From an uncultured Isosphaeraceae bacterium (lineage in GTDB: Bacteria > Planctomycetota > Phycisphaerae > Phycisphaerales > SM1A02): a stretch of DNA of 64,000 nt. Below are positions 9,522 through 18,814 of the stretch, piece after piece. The DNA is taken from positions 42,516-106,515 of the forward strand of contig CAYSYI010000001.1 in NCBI GenBank assembly GCA_964435395.1. The letters run 5' to 3'. The notes below the pieces were generated by a model. The model saw only the letters and a program-made list of their open reading frames with translations, was not told the DNA's origin and ran no database searches. Within the stretch, counting starts at the first letter, position 1, and each line of letters begins with the position of its first letter. The position numbers and the translations under genes were made by a program.

Positions 9522-9715
9522 ACAAAGGGAGTTTTTTGCTTCTTATGAAAAAAGTTTCCTAATTTTGTGTCAATCTTTTATTTTTTAACGCATTAGACAA
9601 TGTGGAGCATTTCCAACTGCTCTCATCGAGCCCAACGGGAGTTCCGGGGTTTGAGGTGTTCAGGGAGATTCGTGGGAAATCTGGGGGATGGCAATTCGGG
9701 GTTTCTGGGATTAAA

Positions 9716-10555
9716 TTAAATCGCAGTGAACTCTTCTCTCACTGTGGTTTTTTTTCTTCGTGCTTTTGCCCTATGTATATAGAGTTTTACTCTTTCCATC
9801 GCTGAAGCCTTTTTCGTTGGTGTGCTCCTCAGTGGTCGACAAGCAATTTTACAGGATCGCCCTAACCGAACAGTGAGTACAGCCGTTGCTACTGCTTGTC
9901 CTGCTGATGGGAGCAGTCCCCCTATTGATGGGACCCTTGCCGCAATCCATTGCGTGACATGCTCCGATGCATCAGCAAAGACGACTGAAATCAACACCTT
10001 GCGAAGGAGACGTAGTGTTCCAATGGTGCTTGGGCGAACACCATAGCTTTTCGCAACACTTCGCATCATGCGAAATTGGCGCCATGCAACAATTGCACCG
10101 TCTATCATTGGCCATGGCGAAATACCCACAAATGCAGCAATCAAAACTGCTTCTTTTGCGATACCTTTGTCAACTTTCGAATCAATTGCGTTCAATTGCG
10201 ATGCGATATATTGCCGTATCTCTTGCACAGAATCAAGTGATTCAAAATCCTCAGAATTACCATCAATCGAGTGCATCCACTGCTTCGCTAATCGACGTGC
10301 GTGCGAAACATCCTCACTTAAGAGTGCTCTTGCGAGTCGGTCAACGCGCCTTATTGAAAAATACCCTACCAATTCAGTAAAGCAGAGATACCCAAAGCCA
10401 CCAACAATCATTGATATACACGCCAGTGTCGCCCATCCGATGAAGGCACCTGCATCAAATGAGTCTTGAACAAGTTCGATGCACCCCAAACACGACCAAA
10501 ACAAGAGGGCACCAAATAGCCCAATCACCATTGCAATGCACGCATATCTCCGCAT
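9716..10555 (-). CDS. DUF697 / YcjF-like inner-membrane protein
   Basis: 279-aa ORF with N-terminal TM segments. ISPWPMIDGAIVAWRQFRMMRSVAKSYGVRP...LRLLRKVLISVVFADASE resembles the DUF697 core. Confidence 0.6.
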   Translation of the reverse strand: MRRYACIAMVIGLFGALLFWSCLGCIELVQDSFDAGAFIGWATLACISMIVGGFGYLCFTELVGYFSIRRVDRLARALLSEDVSHARRLAKQWMHSIDGNSEDFESLDSVQEIRQYIASQLNAIDSKVDKGIAKEAVLIAAFVGISPWPMIDGAIVAWRQFRMMRSVAKSYGVRPSTIGTLRLLRKVLISVVFADASEHVTQWIAARVPSIGGLLPSAGQAVATAVLTVRLGRSCKIACRPLRSTPTKKASAMERVKLYIHRAKARRKKTTVREEFTAI

Positions 10556-10737
10556 AGGTATCGTTATTGGGCATGTATCCCATTCATTTTCACAAAAAAA
10601 ACCTATGGGGAAATTGTTTCGTGTGATGGTCTGAGACGGGTGTGACCCTAGCGCTTGGGGTCAGTCCCACGCTGCAAGCTACGTTGCTTATCTCAAGGCA
10701 TCAATATGGTCGATAACTCGGAAAAGGAGTTTTTACG

Positions 10738-10884
10738 ATGTCTGAAAACGAAAATAGTTGTTGTCCAGCAAAGAAATTTCCCTTTAAATGCCTGTACGCC
10801 GTATTGCACATCTTGATTTTGACGTGCATGGCGACATCGCTTTGGCAAATCGCAGGGCACCTTTCGGTGATGGCTGATAAGTAA
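10738..10884 (+). CDS. candidate small membrane protein (48 aa), Cys-rich N-terminus
   Basis: Below the ORF-track length cutoff. The ATG is preceded by GGAAAAGGAG with 7-nt spacing. My translation is MSENENSCCPAKKFPFKCLYAVLHILILTCMATSLWQIAGHLSVMADK. The stop lies 5 nt before the cupin gene ATG. Confidence 0.35.
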   Translation: MSENENSCCPAKKFPFKCLYAVLHILILTCMATSLWQIAGHLSVMADK

Positions 10885-10889
10885 GAAAT

Positions 10890-11261
10890 ATGTCCATCGA
10901 TTTTCCGCATTTCTGCACGGATGATGAGCAGATATCAAAGGTCGAAACGTGGTCCATTGGCACCAACGATCATGGCCACGGAACATCTGTCAGTGATTTA
11001 ATTGAATGCCACAGCGTTCGGCTTGCTGAAACAAAGCCAGGCGGGGTCTACGATTGGCACCCAGCCCCGCGAAAACAGTATGTCATAACTTTAGACGGCA
11101 TAATCGAGTTTACGTTTGGTAGCGGTGAAATCCTTGTAGTAAAACCCGGCGATATATTTTTAGCAGAAGATCTTGAGGGACGTGGGCACAAATGGCGAAT
11201 CATCGGCGATGAACCATGGCGACGCGTCTATGTTCATTTAGAGAAAGCCCCCGCAACATAA
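10890..11261 (+). CDS. cupin-domain protein
   Basis: 123 aa. YDWHPAPRKQYVITLDGIIEFTFGSGEILVVKPGDIFLAEDLEGRGHKW looks like a cupin barrel. Confidence 0.6.
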   Translation: MSIDFPHFCTDDEQISKVETWSIGTNDHGHGTSVSDLIECHSVRLAETKPGGVYDWHPAPRKQYVITLDGIIEFTFGSGEILVVKPGDIFLAEDLEGRGHKWRIIGDEPWRRVYVHLEKAPAT

Positions 11262-11262
11262 T

Positions 11263-11571
11263 TTAGTCTTCCATGTGGTGCTTGACTTCATCTACCTTTT
11301 GATCAGTGGATTGATTCGCAGGTGGCAAATCGGTCGTATTTGATTGTTCGACTTGCTTCTGGTCTTGGCGACTTGCTTCATCATCAATATCTTCACCAAT
11401 TCCCTTGATGCCTTTTTTAAACTCGACGATGGATTTACCCAAGTTTCGGCCAACCTCGGGGAGTCGTTTTCCGAAAATAAGGAGCCCAATTACGAGAAGA
11501 ACGGCAATTTCCGCCCATCCGGGCATGCCAACAAGTGCGAGTGAATAGGATGCGATGAGTGATATGGACAT
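11263..11571 (-). CDS. tatA: twin-arginine translocase subunit TatA/E
   Basis: GMPGWAEIAVLLVIGLLIFGKRLPEVGRNLGKSIVEFKKGIKG is the canonical TatA TM plus amphipathic helix. Start set to the second ATG (MSISL), which has AAGGAA 9 nt upstream. The ORF maximum is 11592. Confidence 0.85.
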   Translation of the reverse strand: MSISLIASYSLALVGMPGWAEIAVLLVIGLLIFGKRLPEVGRNLGKSIVEFKKGIKGIGEDIDDEASRQDQKQVEQSNTTDLPPANQSTDQKVDEVKHHMED

Positions 11572-11679
11572 AATAGTGTTCCTTGACTGCAATCAGCAGG
11601 TGTGTCATTCTAGCATGCAACGCCTACTTATCTATCACCTATTTGGTATAAATCACTTGACTTGCCGATGTATACACTG

Positions 11680-12894
11680 ATGAAAACATACATTATTCCC
11701 ATTCTACTTTTGGTTCTCGGGTTTTCGGGTTGCAAAAGCCCACAAACAACTGCTGAGAAGAAAGACTCCACAAACTACACAAAGGCACTGCCAACAGGCC
11801 GAGCAGCACTTCATAAGGTATCCCCGCGTGATTGGCCAAATATCGAAATAGCTTGGGAATCGAGAGATCTCTTCCTACAAGATTCCATCGAAAACAGCAT
11901 TGAATGGTTCAACGCACCATCGAGCAAGCAGTGGTTTCCCATCGAGGGAATCACGCACGAACAAGCAAAGAACTCTGTCATTGTCCTTCAAGATATTCTT
12001 ACACAATCCACAACAAAAGATGAATTCCTTGCAGTAGTCCAAGAACGATTCGATGTGTACAAATCTGTAGGATGCGATGGCTTGGGAACAGTGCTCTTCA
12101 CTGGATACTACTCTCCAGATTTTCACGCATCTCGAAGCAGAAGTCCATCCTTTAATGCTCCTCTCTACACAAGACCGAGCGACCTCGTTACTAATCCATC
12201 TTCCGGCGAACCACTTGGACGAAAAAATAAAGATGGCACTCTTTCAAAATGGCCAACAAGGCGTGCGCTTGAATCGTCTGGCGATCTTGATGGGACAGAG
12301 CTTGTCTATGTAAAAGATGATCTCGATGCTTACACGATTCATGTCAATGGCTCTGCTCGTTTGCGTATGGATGATGGTGAATTGATGTACATCGGTTACG
12401 CTGGAAAAACGGATCGACCCTACACAGGCCTAGGACATTCTGTTCTTGAAGCAGGCCTGCTTCCTCCAGAAAAATTAAGTTTGCAAGCGATTCGACGACT
12501 TTACGATAAAAATCCAGAGGCAATTCAAAACTTAATCGACAACAATGAATCTTATGTGTTCTTCCGAGAATACAACGGTGGAAACTGGCCAGCTGGTTCG
12601 CTTGGAGTTCCAGTCACCGCAGAACGCTCCATTGCAACTGATAAAAAAATCTTCCCACGAGGCGGAGTGGTTCTCGTAGACACAACCGTTCGTTCACTCA
12701 CTGGTGAAAAGAACTCATTCACCCAATTCATGACTGACCAAGACACAGGTGGCGCAATTCGAGCGCCTGGCCGTGCTGATTTATTCATGGGTGTTGGGCC
12801 AACCGCTGGCATTAAAGCCGGTGGGCAATACGCTGAAGGCAATCTGTATTACCTGTTCCTAAAACCAGATTCAATCGCGATTGTCAACGACTAG
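11680..12894 (+). CDS. mltA: membrane-bound lytic murein transglycosylase A (lipoprotein)
   Basis: Lipobox LVLGFSGC. MltA motifs LFTGYYSP, IHVNGSARL, ESYVFFRE, VPVTAERSIATDKKIFPRGG, DTGGAIRAPGRADLFMG. The ORF maximum starts at 11662. Confidence 0.85.
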   Translation: MKTYIIPILLLVLGFSGCKSPQTTAEKKDSTNYTKALPTGRAALHKVSPRDWPNIEIAWESRDLFLQDSIENSIEWFNAPSSKQWFPIEGITHEQAKNSVIVLQDILTQSTTKDEFLAVVQERFDVYKSVGCDGLGTVLFTGYYSPDFHASRSRSPSFNAPLYTRPSDLVTNPSSGEPLGRKNKDGTLSKWPTRRALESSGDLDGTELVYVKDDLDAYTIHVNGSARLRMDDGELMYIGYAGKTDRPYTGLGHSVLEAGLLPPEKLSLQAIRRLYDKNPEAIQNLIDNNESYVFFREYNGGNWPAGSLGVPVTAERSIATDKKIFPRGGVVLVDTTVRSLTGEKNSFTQFMTDQDTGGAIRAPGRADLFMGVGPTAGIKAGGQYAEGNLYYLFLKPDSIAIVND

Positions 12895-14715
12895 TTTTGG
12901 TGGCCACGGGCGAACAGCTTTGCCATTTCGCTCATCGCCAGTCATTTTTGTCGTTCCATCCAACCCTATACAAGTATCAAAATAATGCGTGTCGCGTGAT
13001 GGGTCAAAGCAAGCGCAAAAATGAAAGAAAACGTCACCAAGTTTTGTAGGATCAACATCGCTATCCACGGCAAAAATTATCGATGCTTGTTGGTTTGCTT
13101 CATGTGCTTTTTGTAATGCAGTCGCACCATCGCCACCATTTTTCTTTTCAATCGAAATGATTTTGATTGCACCGTCCTGTTGCTTAGTGTTTGTACAGTC
13201 AAAACCTATCTTTCCACCTGCGCCAACTTCTGGTGCTGCATGGTCAAGGATATCAAGCGCTCCACGAACAATTTCGATGTCGCTCTGGACATCAATTCTG
13301 CTGAGTGCTTCAAAGACGGCGTGTTCATCGTGCACGTCCACCGTTTCATTTACAACAACAATAACTTTTGTCCAAGCAATTTGACCAGCACCCCAAATTG
13401 CGTGCATCACTTTTCTAGCATTCTCTTTGTACTGCGAATTCATTTTGACAAAGACACAATTATGAAACGTGCCAAACATCGGCAAGTGATAATCGATGAT
13501 ATCTGGAATCATTACCTTTAATAAAGGCAACATAATTCGCTCAGTTGCTTTTCCTAAGTAATAATCTTCTTGTGGCGGTGGGCCAACAACGGTTGCAGGA
13601 AATACCGCGTTTTTTCGGTGCGTCACTGCTGTCACATCAACGAGTGGATACCTATCTGGCATTGAATAAAAACCTGTGTGGTCACCAAATGGCCCTTCGA
13701 ATACTGCACCCTCTCCGAGTTCGCCATCTTTCGGTTCCCAACCACAAGGGCCACAATCTGTGTTTACAAATCCTTCAATGACCATCTCACTGTTTGCTGG
13801 TACCCAAAGAGGAACCGTTTTTGCACGAACAAGTTCGATGCCTTTCCCTTGTAAAAAACCTGCCATAAGCAACTCGCTCATGCCTGGTGGAAGTGGACAT
13901 GTTGCTGCATAGGGCAAGACAGTTTCGCCACCAAAGCAAATAGCGATTGGCATTGGTTCACCAATTGCTTTCCATGATCGCCAATGTGCTGCGCCGTCGT
14001 GATGAATATGCCAATGCATCGCCAAATGCGTTTCGTCAACAAGCTGTGAACGGTACATGCCAATATTATGTGATTTTGGGTTTGGATTATTTCTATCGTC
14101 CGCATGAATTGTGTGCATGCCCGCGAACGTAATGAACCTTCCACCGCCATCGGAAGTTCGTGATTGCTGAGGCGAAAAATCGTAACCAACCCTTCGTGGG
14201 TCGCCATCAAACGGCCAACATTTAATAATTGGTATACGAGTTAAATCAACCTTGCCATTCTTCACCAATTGCACAATGTCTTGGCAAAGGCCATTTCCTT
14301 TCTTGCGCTTTGGTTTCATGTTCATTAACGGCTTGAATTGCTTCGCCATCGCAACAAGATCAGACAACCCTGAAGGCGGGGCAATATTCGTAAAGGATGC
14401 AATCGTCTGAGCTATCTCTTCAAAACATCTACTACCCAATGCTTCTTCCATTCTGAAGTAAGACCCAAACGTATTAATTGCAAGTGGGAAATCGCACCCT
14501 CGAATGTTTTCTAACAACAAAGCTTGCCCGCCAAGTGTTTCTCGACCTGCGTCATACGTTCCTGCAGTCTTACTCGGCGTTGGGCAATTCGCTACCGCTT
14601 CTACCTGCGCGAGGTCGGTCACTTCCAACATGGGTGAAACTTCTTCTGTGATGCGGCGAAGTTCGCCATGTTTTTCTAAGTGTTGTAAAAAAGATTGAAG
14701 ACACCGATGTCGCAT
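12871..14715 (-). CDS. UbiD-family decarboxylase (long form, menaquinone/futalosine-type)
   Basis: MRHRCLQSFLQHLEKHGELRRITEEVSP is a UbiD-type N-terminus. NIGMYR, GGPPPQED-like and FGDHTGFY motifs. Start trimmed from 14811 to the internal ATG at 14715. Confidence 0.85.
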   Translation of the reverse strand: MRHRCLQSFLQHLEKHGELRRITEEVSPMLEVTDLAQVEAVANCPTPSKTAGTYDAGRETLGGQALLLENIRGCDFPLAINTFGSYFRMEEALGSRCFEEIAQTIASFTNIAPPSGLSDLVAMAKQFKPLMNMKPKRKKGNGLCQDIVQLVKNGKVDLTRIPIIKCWPFDGDPRRVGYDFSPQQSRTSDGGGRFITFAGMHTIHADDRNNPNPKSHNIGMYRSQLVDETHLAMHWHIHHDGAAHWRSWKAIGEPMPIAICFGGETVLPYAATCPLPPGMSELLMAGFLQGKGIELVRAKTVPLWVPANSEMVIEGFVNTDCGPCGWEPKDGELGEGAVFEGPFGDHTGFYSMPDRYPLVDVTAVTHRKNAVFPATVVGPPPQEDYYLGKATERIMLPLLKVMIPDIIDYHLPMFGTFHNCVFVKMNSQYKENARKVMHAIWGAGQIAWTKVIVVVNETVDVHDEHAVFEALSRIDVQSDIEIVRGALDILDHAAPEVGAGGKIGFDCTNTKQQDGAIKIISIEKKNGGDGATALQKAHEANQQASIIFAVDSDVDPTKLGDVFFHFCACFDPSRDTHYFDTCIGLDGTTKMTGDERNGKAVRPWPPKLVVDNRD

Positions 14716-14738
14716 AATAGGAATGGTACACTCTGTGC

Positions 14739-15650
14739 GTGCCAGCGATACAAATAAATGGCGTTGTAAAAACCTACAGAGGCAAAGTGCACGCTTTGCG
14801 TGGTGTCTCATTAGAAGTTATGGATGGAGAAATCTTTGGGTTACTTGGACCAAATGGTGCAGGGAAGTCAACGCTTGTCAAAATCTTGATGACTGTTATC
14901 CATGCTTCAGAATGTTCGGGAACCATGCTCGGGAAGCAAATTGGGCATCGCCAAACACTCGAAAATGTTGGCTATCTACCTGAACACCACAGATTCCCAT
15001 ACTACCTCACTGGAAAACAAGTACTGCATCACTATGGTGCGCTAAGTAATGTGCAAAGGAAAGAACGTCAATCACGCGCTACTTCCCTGCTTTCTCGGTT
15101 GGGTCTCTGCGGCTGGGAAAATAAAAAAGTAAGTTCCTACTCAAAAGGCATGTTGCAACGGCTTGGCATCGCCCAAGCACTCATGAATGACCCAAAGCTG
15201 CTCATTCTTGACGAACCAACCGATGGCGTGGACCCAGTTGGTCGTCGCGAAATCCGCGACTTGCTTGCGGAATTGAAAGAAGAAGGCAAAGCGGTGTTCC
15301 TCAACAGCCATCTCCTGAGCGAACTCGAATTGGTCTGCGACCGTGTTGCCATCATGGTCAAGGGGCTTGTCACGATGCAAGGCACAATCGATTCGCTCAC
15401 TGTAGATTCAAGACGGTACGAAATTACAACTTTGGGAACGATTCCAGAATGGGCAACAGAATTCGCAGATGATGTTTCTGCAAATGCGCTGACACTACTC
15501 GGTGATGATCCTGCAAAAATCCAAGCAGTCCTTGACCGACTCCGAGCAGAAAACGTAACTATAGTTTCAGTGCAACCAGTCCGCGAAAACTTAGAAGACT
15601 TATTTATGCGAGCCGTTGACCACAAAGATGCACCTGGGGCTATTCAATGA
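14739..15650 (+). CDS. ABC transporter ATP-binding protein (ABC-2 type)
   Basis: Walker A GLLGPNGAGKST, signature YSKGMLQRLGIA, Walker B LLILDEPTDGVD. Confidence 0.9.
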   Translation: MPAIQINGVVKTYRGKVHALRGVSLEVMDGEIFGLLGPNGAGKSTLVKILMTVIHASECSGTMLGKQIGHRQTLENVGYLPEHHRFPYYLTGKQVLHHYGALSNVQRKERQSRATSLLSRLGLCGWENKKVSSYSKGMLQRLGIAQALMNDPKLLILDEPTDGVDPVGRREIRDLLAELKEEGKAVFLNSHLLSELELVCDRVAIMVKGLVTMQGTIDSLTVDSRRYEITTLGTIPEWATEFADDVSANALTLLGDDPAKIQAVLDRLRAENVTIVSVQPVRENLEDLFMRAVDHKDAPGAIQ

Positions 15651-16789
15651 TGCAGTTTAAAGCGCTATTGATTGATGCATATCGACAACTCAGTGCAGCG
15701 AAACTGTTTTGGGTGACTGTTGGCATCTCTGTCCTTGTCGTTGTTGCTTTTGGCTCAATTAGTTTTAATACGGAAGGTATCTCTATTGGCTTTGGGGCTT
15801 ACCAAATTGAATCTGAACAACTGAACGCTGGCAGCCCGTGGGCCCGTGGGCTCTATATTGGTATTTTCTCAAACTTTCTCGTGAAAATTTGGCTTGCGTG
15901 GATTGCAACTGTACTTGCACTCATTTCGACTTGTTCTATCTTCCCTGAATTTGTACACAGCGGTTCCATTGAACTCACAATTTCAAAACCAATTGGTCGG
16001 TTCAAACTATTTTTCTCAAAATATATTGTGAGCTTGCTTTTTGTCGTATTGCAAGTTGCAATATTTTGTTTTGGCATTTTTCTTTGTGTTGGGTTGCGAA
16101 TTGGTGAATGGAACCCATTAATTTTTTCCGCCATCCCAATCGTGGCGACATTCTTTAGTTATTTGTTTGCTGTCTGCGTTCTCATTGGAATCTTGACACG
16201 TTCAGGTATTACTGCGCTACTTATCACAGGGATTTTTTGGATGCTGCTCTGGTCTGTGCAAACTTCCGAAGTCATACTCAATCGTTTTGTTACTGGCTTA
16301 CATGTCGACATTGAACGTTTTGACGAAGGTGTCGTTGCAACAACTGAAGAACTTAACGCAATTCGTGCAGAGTCTGAAACTGATTTCAGAATTCCGAAAC
16401 TTGAAAAACGAATCGAGTCGTACGAAGAAGATAGTATTGAAGCGCAAGATTCCCTTGCTAAACTCACACCTTGGCACACACCGGTAGAGTTGGTGTTAGC
16501 CGCTTTGCCTAAAAATGCGCAAACAATTGGATTGCTCGACCGTTGGCTGAGTGATCCTGAAGGCTTCGATATTGGCGCAATCATGAACGGCGATATGCGT
16601 GCCTTCGAGGGTGAAGAAGTTAAAGAGTTTGATCCAACAGCACGAGGCGCTCGCGATAGAGAGGCAAATCGCAGGATTCAAGATGATTACGAATCTCGTT
16701 CGCTTTGGTACGTGGTTGGAACATCCCTTCTTTTTGAAGGGTTCGTTCTTGGGCTAGCATCGATGTATTTCTCCAGAAAAGATTTCTAG
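15647..16789 (+). CDS. ABC-2-type permease-like membrane protein
   Basis: 4-nt overlap with the ATPase gene. Six predicted TM segments, a charged cytoplasmic insert and a final TM. Confidence 0.6.
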   Translation: MMQFKALLIDAYRQLSAAKLFWVTVGISVLVVVAFGSISFNTEGISIGFGAYQIESEQLNAGSPWARGLYIGIFSNFLVKIWLAWIATVLALISTCSIFPEFVHSGSIELTISKPIGRFKLFFSKYIVSLLFVVLQVAIFCFGIFLCVGLRIGEWNPLIFSAIPIVATFFSYLFAVCVLIGILTRSGITALLITGIFWMLLWSVQTSEVILNRFVTGLHVDIERFDEGVVATTEELNAIRAESETDFRIPKLEKRIESYEEDSIEAQDSLAKLTPWHTPVELVLAALPKNAQTIGLLDRWLSDPEGFDIGAIMNGDMRAFEGEEVKEFDPTARGARDREANRRIQDDYESRSLWYVVGTSLLFEGFVLGLASMYFSRKDF

Positions 16790-16805
16790 CGGTTTTAAAC
16801 TGCTA

Positions 16806-16816
16806 GGGTCAGACCC
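16806..16816 (-). repeat. GGGTCTGACCC motif copy
   Basis: The plus strand reads ctgctagggtcagaccc, in the intergenic space 3' of proC. Confidence 0.8.
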
Positions 16817-16888
16817 TTGTTAAGTCGTAATCTCACCAGCACAAAAACGTGATTCAACTTGAGAATGAATACTACGTTCTACATTTGT

Positions 16889-16899
16889 GGGTCAGACCC
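16889..16899 (-). repeat. GGGTCTGACCC motif copy with GCGAC 5' extension
   Basis: The minus strand reads CGGTTCTGCGACGGGTCTGACCC about 15 nt after the proC stop, almost identical to the copy at 34827. Confidence 0.8.
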
Positions 16900-16914
16900 G
16901 TCGCAGAACCGTCG

Positions 16915-17697
16915 TTACTTCCCAAGTTCGCTACCTCGATTTCGCGCCGCAACAACTGCGTCAGTAATTGCTTTTGGAACATCTCTCTCTTGCATAACTT
17001 GAATTGCTGCAGCTGTTGTTCCCCCCTTACTCGTCACCGCTTCACGCAATTCGCCCGCGCTACGATCGTCTTGCAAAAGCAAGGCCGCAGACCCAAGTAA
17101 TGTTTGGCGGACAAGTGCATCAGCTGTTTCTTGGTCTAGTCCAGCCTTCACACCACCATCAATCATCGCCTCAGCAAGAAGAAAGAGATACGCTGGCCCA
17201 CTGCCACTCACCGCAGTCACGGCATCCATACGTTCTTCAGGAACCTCTGTAACAATCCCAATTGCTGAAAACAATTGATACGCAAGGGAAGCATCTTCTT
17301 CAGATGCAGATGCTCCAAGAGCCAGTCCAGCTGCACCGTACCCAATACTACATGGTAAATTAGGCATTATTCGAACAATTCGCTGGTGCCCAACGGCTTC
17401 CTCAATTCGAGCAATGGTGACACCAGCCATAATTGAATAGACCACATCACTTTTCACATGGGGTGCAACGGAATCGAACACTTGCGGTTTTACAGCAAGG
17501 ATTACATACGACGCATCTGGCAACAACTCTGCACTCTGAAATGTTTCACACCCAAGCGTAGTAAAAAAATCTCGACTCGATTCCGTTGGATCAGCAACTG
17601 CGATTGCATTGCCATCTAAAATACCATCAGCAATCGCTCCTTCGATGATTGCTTTTGCCATATTTCCGCCGCCAATGACTGCCAGTGTTATGCTCAT
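16915..17697 (-). CDS. proC: pyrroline-5-carboxylate reductase
   Basis: MSITLAVIGGGNMAKAII Rossmann N-terminus and VTSKGGTTAAAI motif. Start trimmed from 17742. Confidence 0.9.
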   Translation of the reverse strand: MSITLAVIGGGNMAKAIIEGAIADGILDGNAIAVADPTESSRDFFTTLGCETFQSAELLPDASYVILAVKPQVFDSVAPHVKSDVVYSIMAGVTIARIEEAVGHQRIVRIMPNLPCSIGYGAAGLALGASASEEDASLAYQLFSAIGIVTEVPEERMDAVTAVSGSGPAYLFLLAEAMIDGGVKAGLDQETADALVRQTLLGSAALLLQDDRSAGELREAVTSKGGTTAAAIQVMQERDVPKAITDAVVAARNRGSELGK

Positions 17698-17719
17698 GAG
17701 TAGAGGGTACACTACTCTT

Positions 17720-18709
17720 ATGCGTAACGGCAAGGGCAACAAGATAGCTCCACTCCCTTTTGAGACCCCTGTCTCAGAAATTGATAAGCAAATACTTGCA
17801 ATTCATCAACGGGATGACGCTGATCAATACAAGGAAGAACTCGACGAACTCCGCGAAACAAGAAATAATTTGCTTGGGAAGTTGTACGAAAATTTGACTC
17901 CATGGCAAACTGTGCAAGTTGCTCGCCATCAAAATCGCCCACAAACAACCGATTACATTCGCATGATTTGTAGGGATTTTCGCGAATTGCATGGAGATCG
18001 ACATTTCGGTGACGACCCAGCAATCCTAACTGGCTTCGCTCGAATCGGCTCCCATAAGGTCATGGTGATTGGTCACCAAAAAGGGAAAAATACCGAGGAA
18101 AGAATTGCATGTCATTTTGGGTGTGCTCACCCAGAGGGATATCGCAAAGCACTCGCAAAAATGAAACTTGCTGAGAAGTACGGGCTACCAGTCGTCGCCT
18201 TCATCGATACACCCGGCGCGTATCCAGGATTAAAAGCAGAAGAACGAGGACAAGCAGAAGCAATTGCTTTGAACCTTAAAGAAATGAGCCGACTTAAAAC
18301 ACCAATCGTTTCGGTAGTGATTGGCGAAGGCGGTTCAGGTGGTGCGTTAGGTCTTGGTGTTGCGGATCGTGTCGCGATGCTGCAATATTCATGGTACTCC
18401 GTAATTAGCCCTGAAGGATGTGCTGCAATTCTCTGGAAAATCGCGAACGAAGAAACGAATGAAGCTGCTGCTTCAAGTCTCGCGTTAACGAGTAAAGACA
18501 ACCTACGAAATGGCTTGATTGATGCAATCATTCCAGAGCCTGAGGGTGGAGCGCATCGGGACAACGATGCAACAGCGTTGAACTTAGAAAAATGGATAGT
18601 TGACACCCTTAGAGACCTCGAGCGGTTCAATCCACAAACCCTAGTGCATCGGCGCTATGAAAAATTTGCTGGAATGGGTGTCTATTCTGAAGATAACTCT
18701 TCGAATTGA
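17720..18709 (+). CDS. accA: acetyl-CoA carboxylase carboxyltransferase alpha subunit
   Basis: PFETPVSEIDKQI, RPQTTDYI, FIDTPGAYPG, AEERGQAEAIA and VIGEGGSGGALG motifs. Start trimmed from 17609 because the extension is antisense to proC. Confidence 0.9.
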   Translation: MRNGKGNKIAPLPFETPVSEIDKQILAIHQRDDADQYKEELDELRETRNNLLGKLYENLTPWQTVQVARHQNRPQTTDYIRMICRDFRELHGDRHFGDDPAILTGFARIGSHKVMVIGHQKGKNTEERIACHFGCAHPEGYRKALAKMKLAEKYGLPVVAFIDTPGAYPGLKAEERGQAEAIALNLKEMSRLKTPIVSVVIGEGGSGGALGLGVADRVAMLQYSWYSVISPEGCAAILWKIANEETNEAAASSLALTSKDNLRNGLIDAIIPEPEGGAHRDNDATALNLEKWIVDTLRDLERFNPQTLVHRRYEKFAGMGVYSEDNSSN

Positions 18710-18814
18710 CTTCGAATCAAATTCCCCATAAAATACCATATTCCACCCTAAGTTTCGCATAAGCGAACATCTTATAACCTGTTTGTTTACAGGATTTTAC
18801 GAAAGGAATGGCTT

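Noticed and set aside
10693-10986. Three overlapping minus-strand ORFs (60-97 aa) in the DUF697/cupin intergenic region
   Set aside because: They have no RBS or family motifs and overlap the cupin start and the better-supported plus-strand small ORF.
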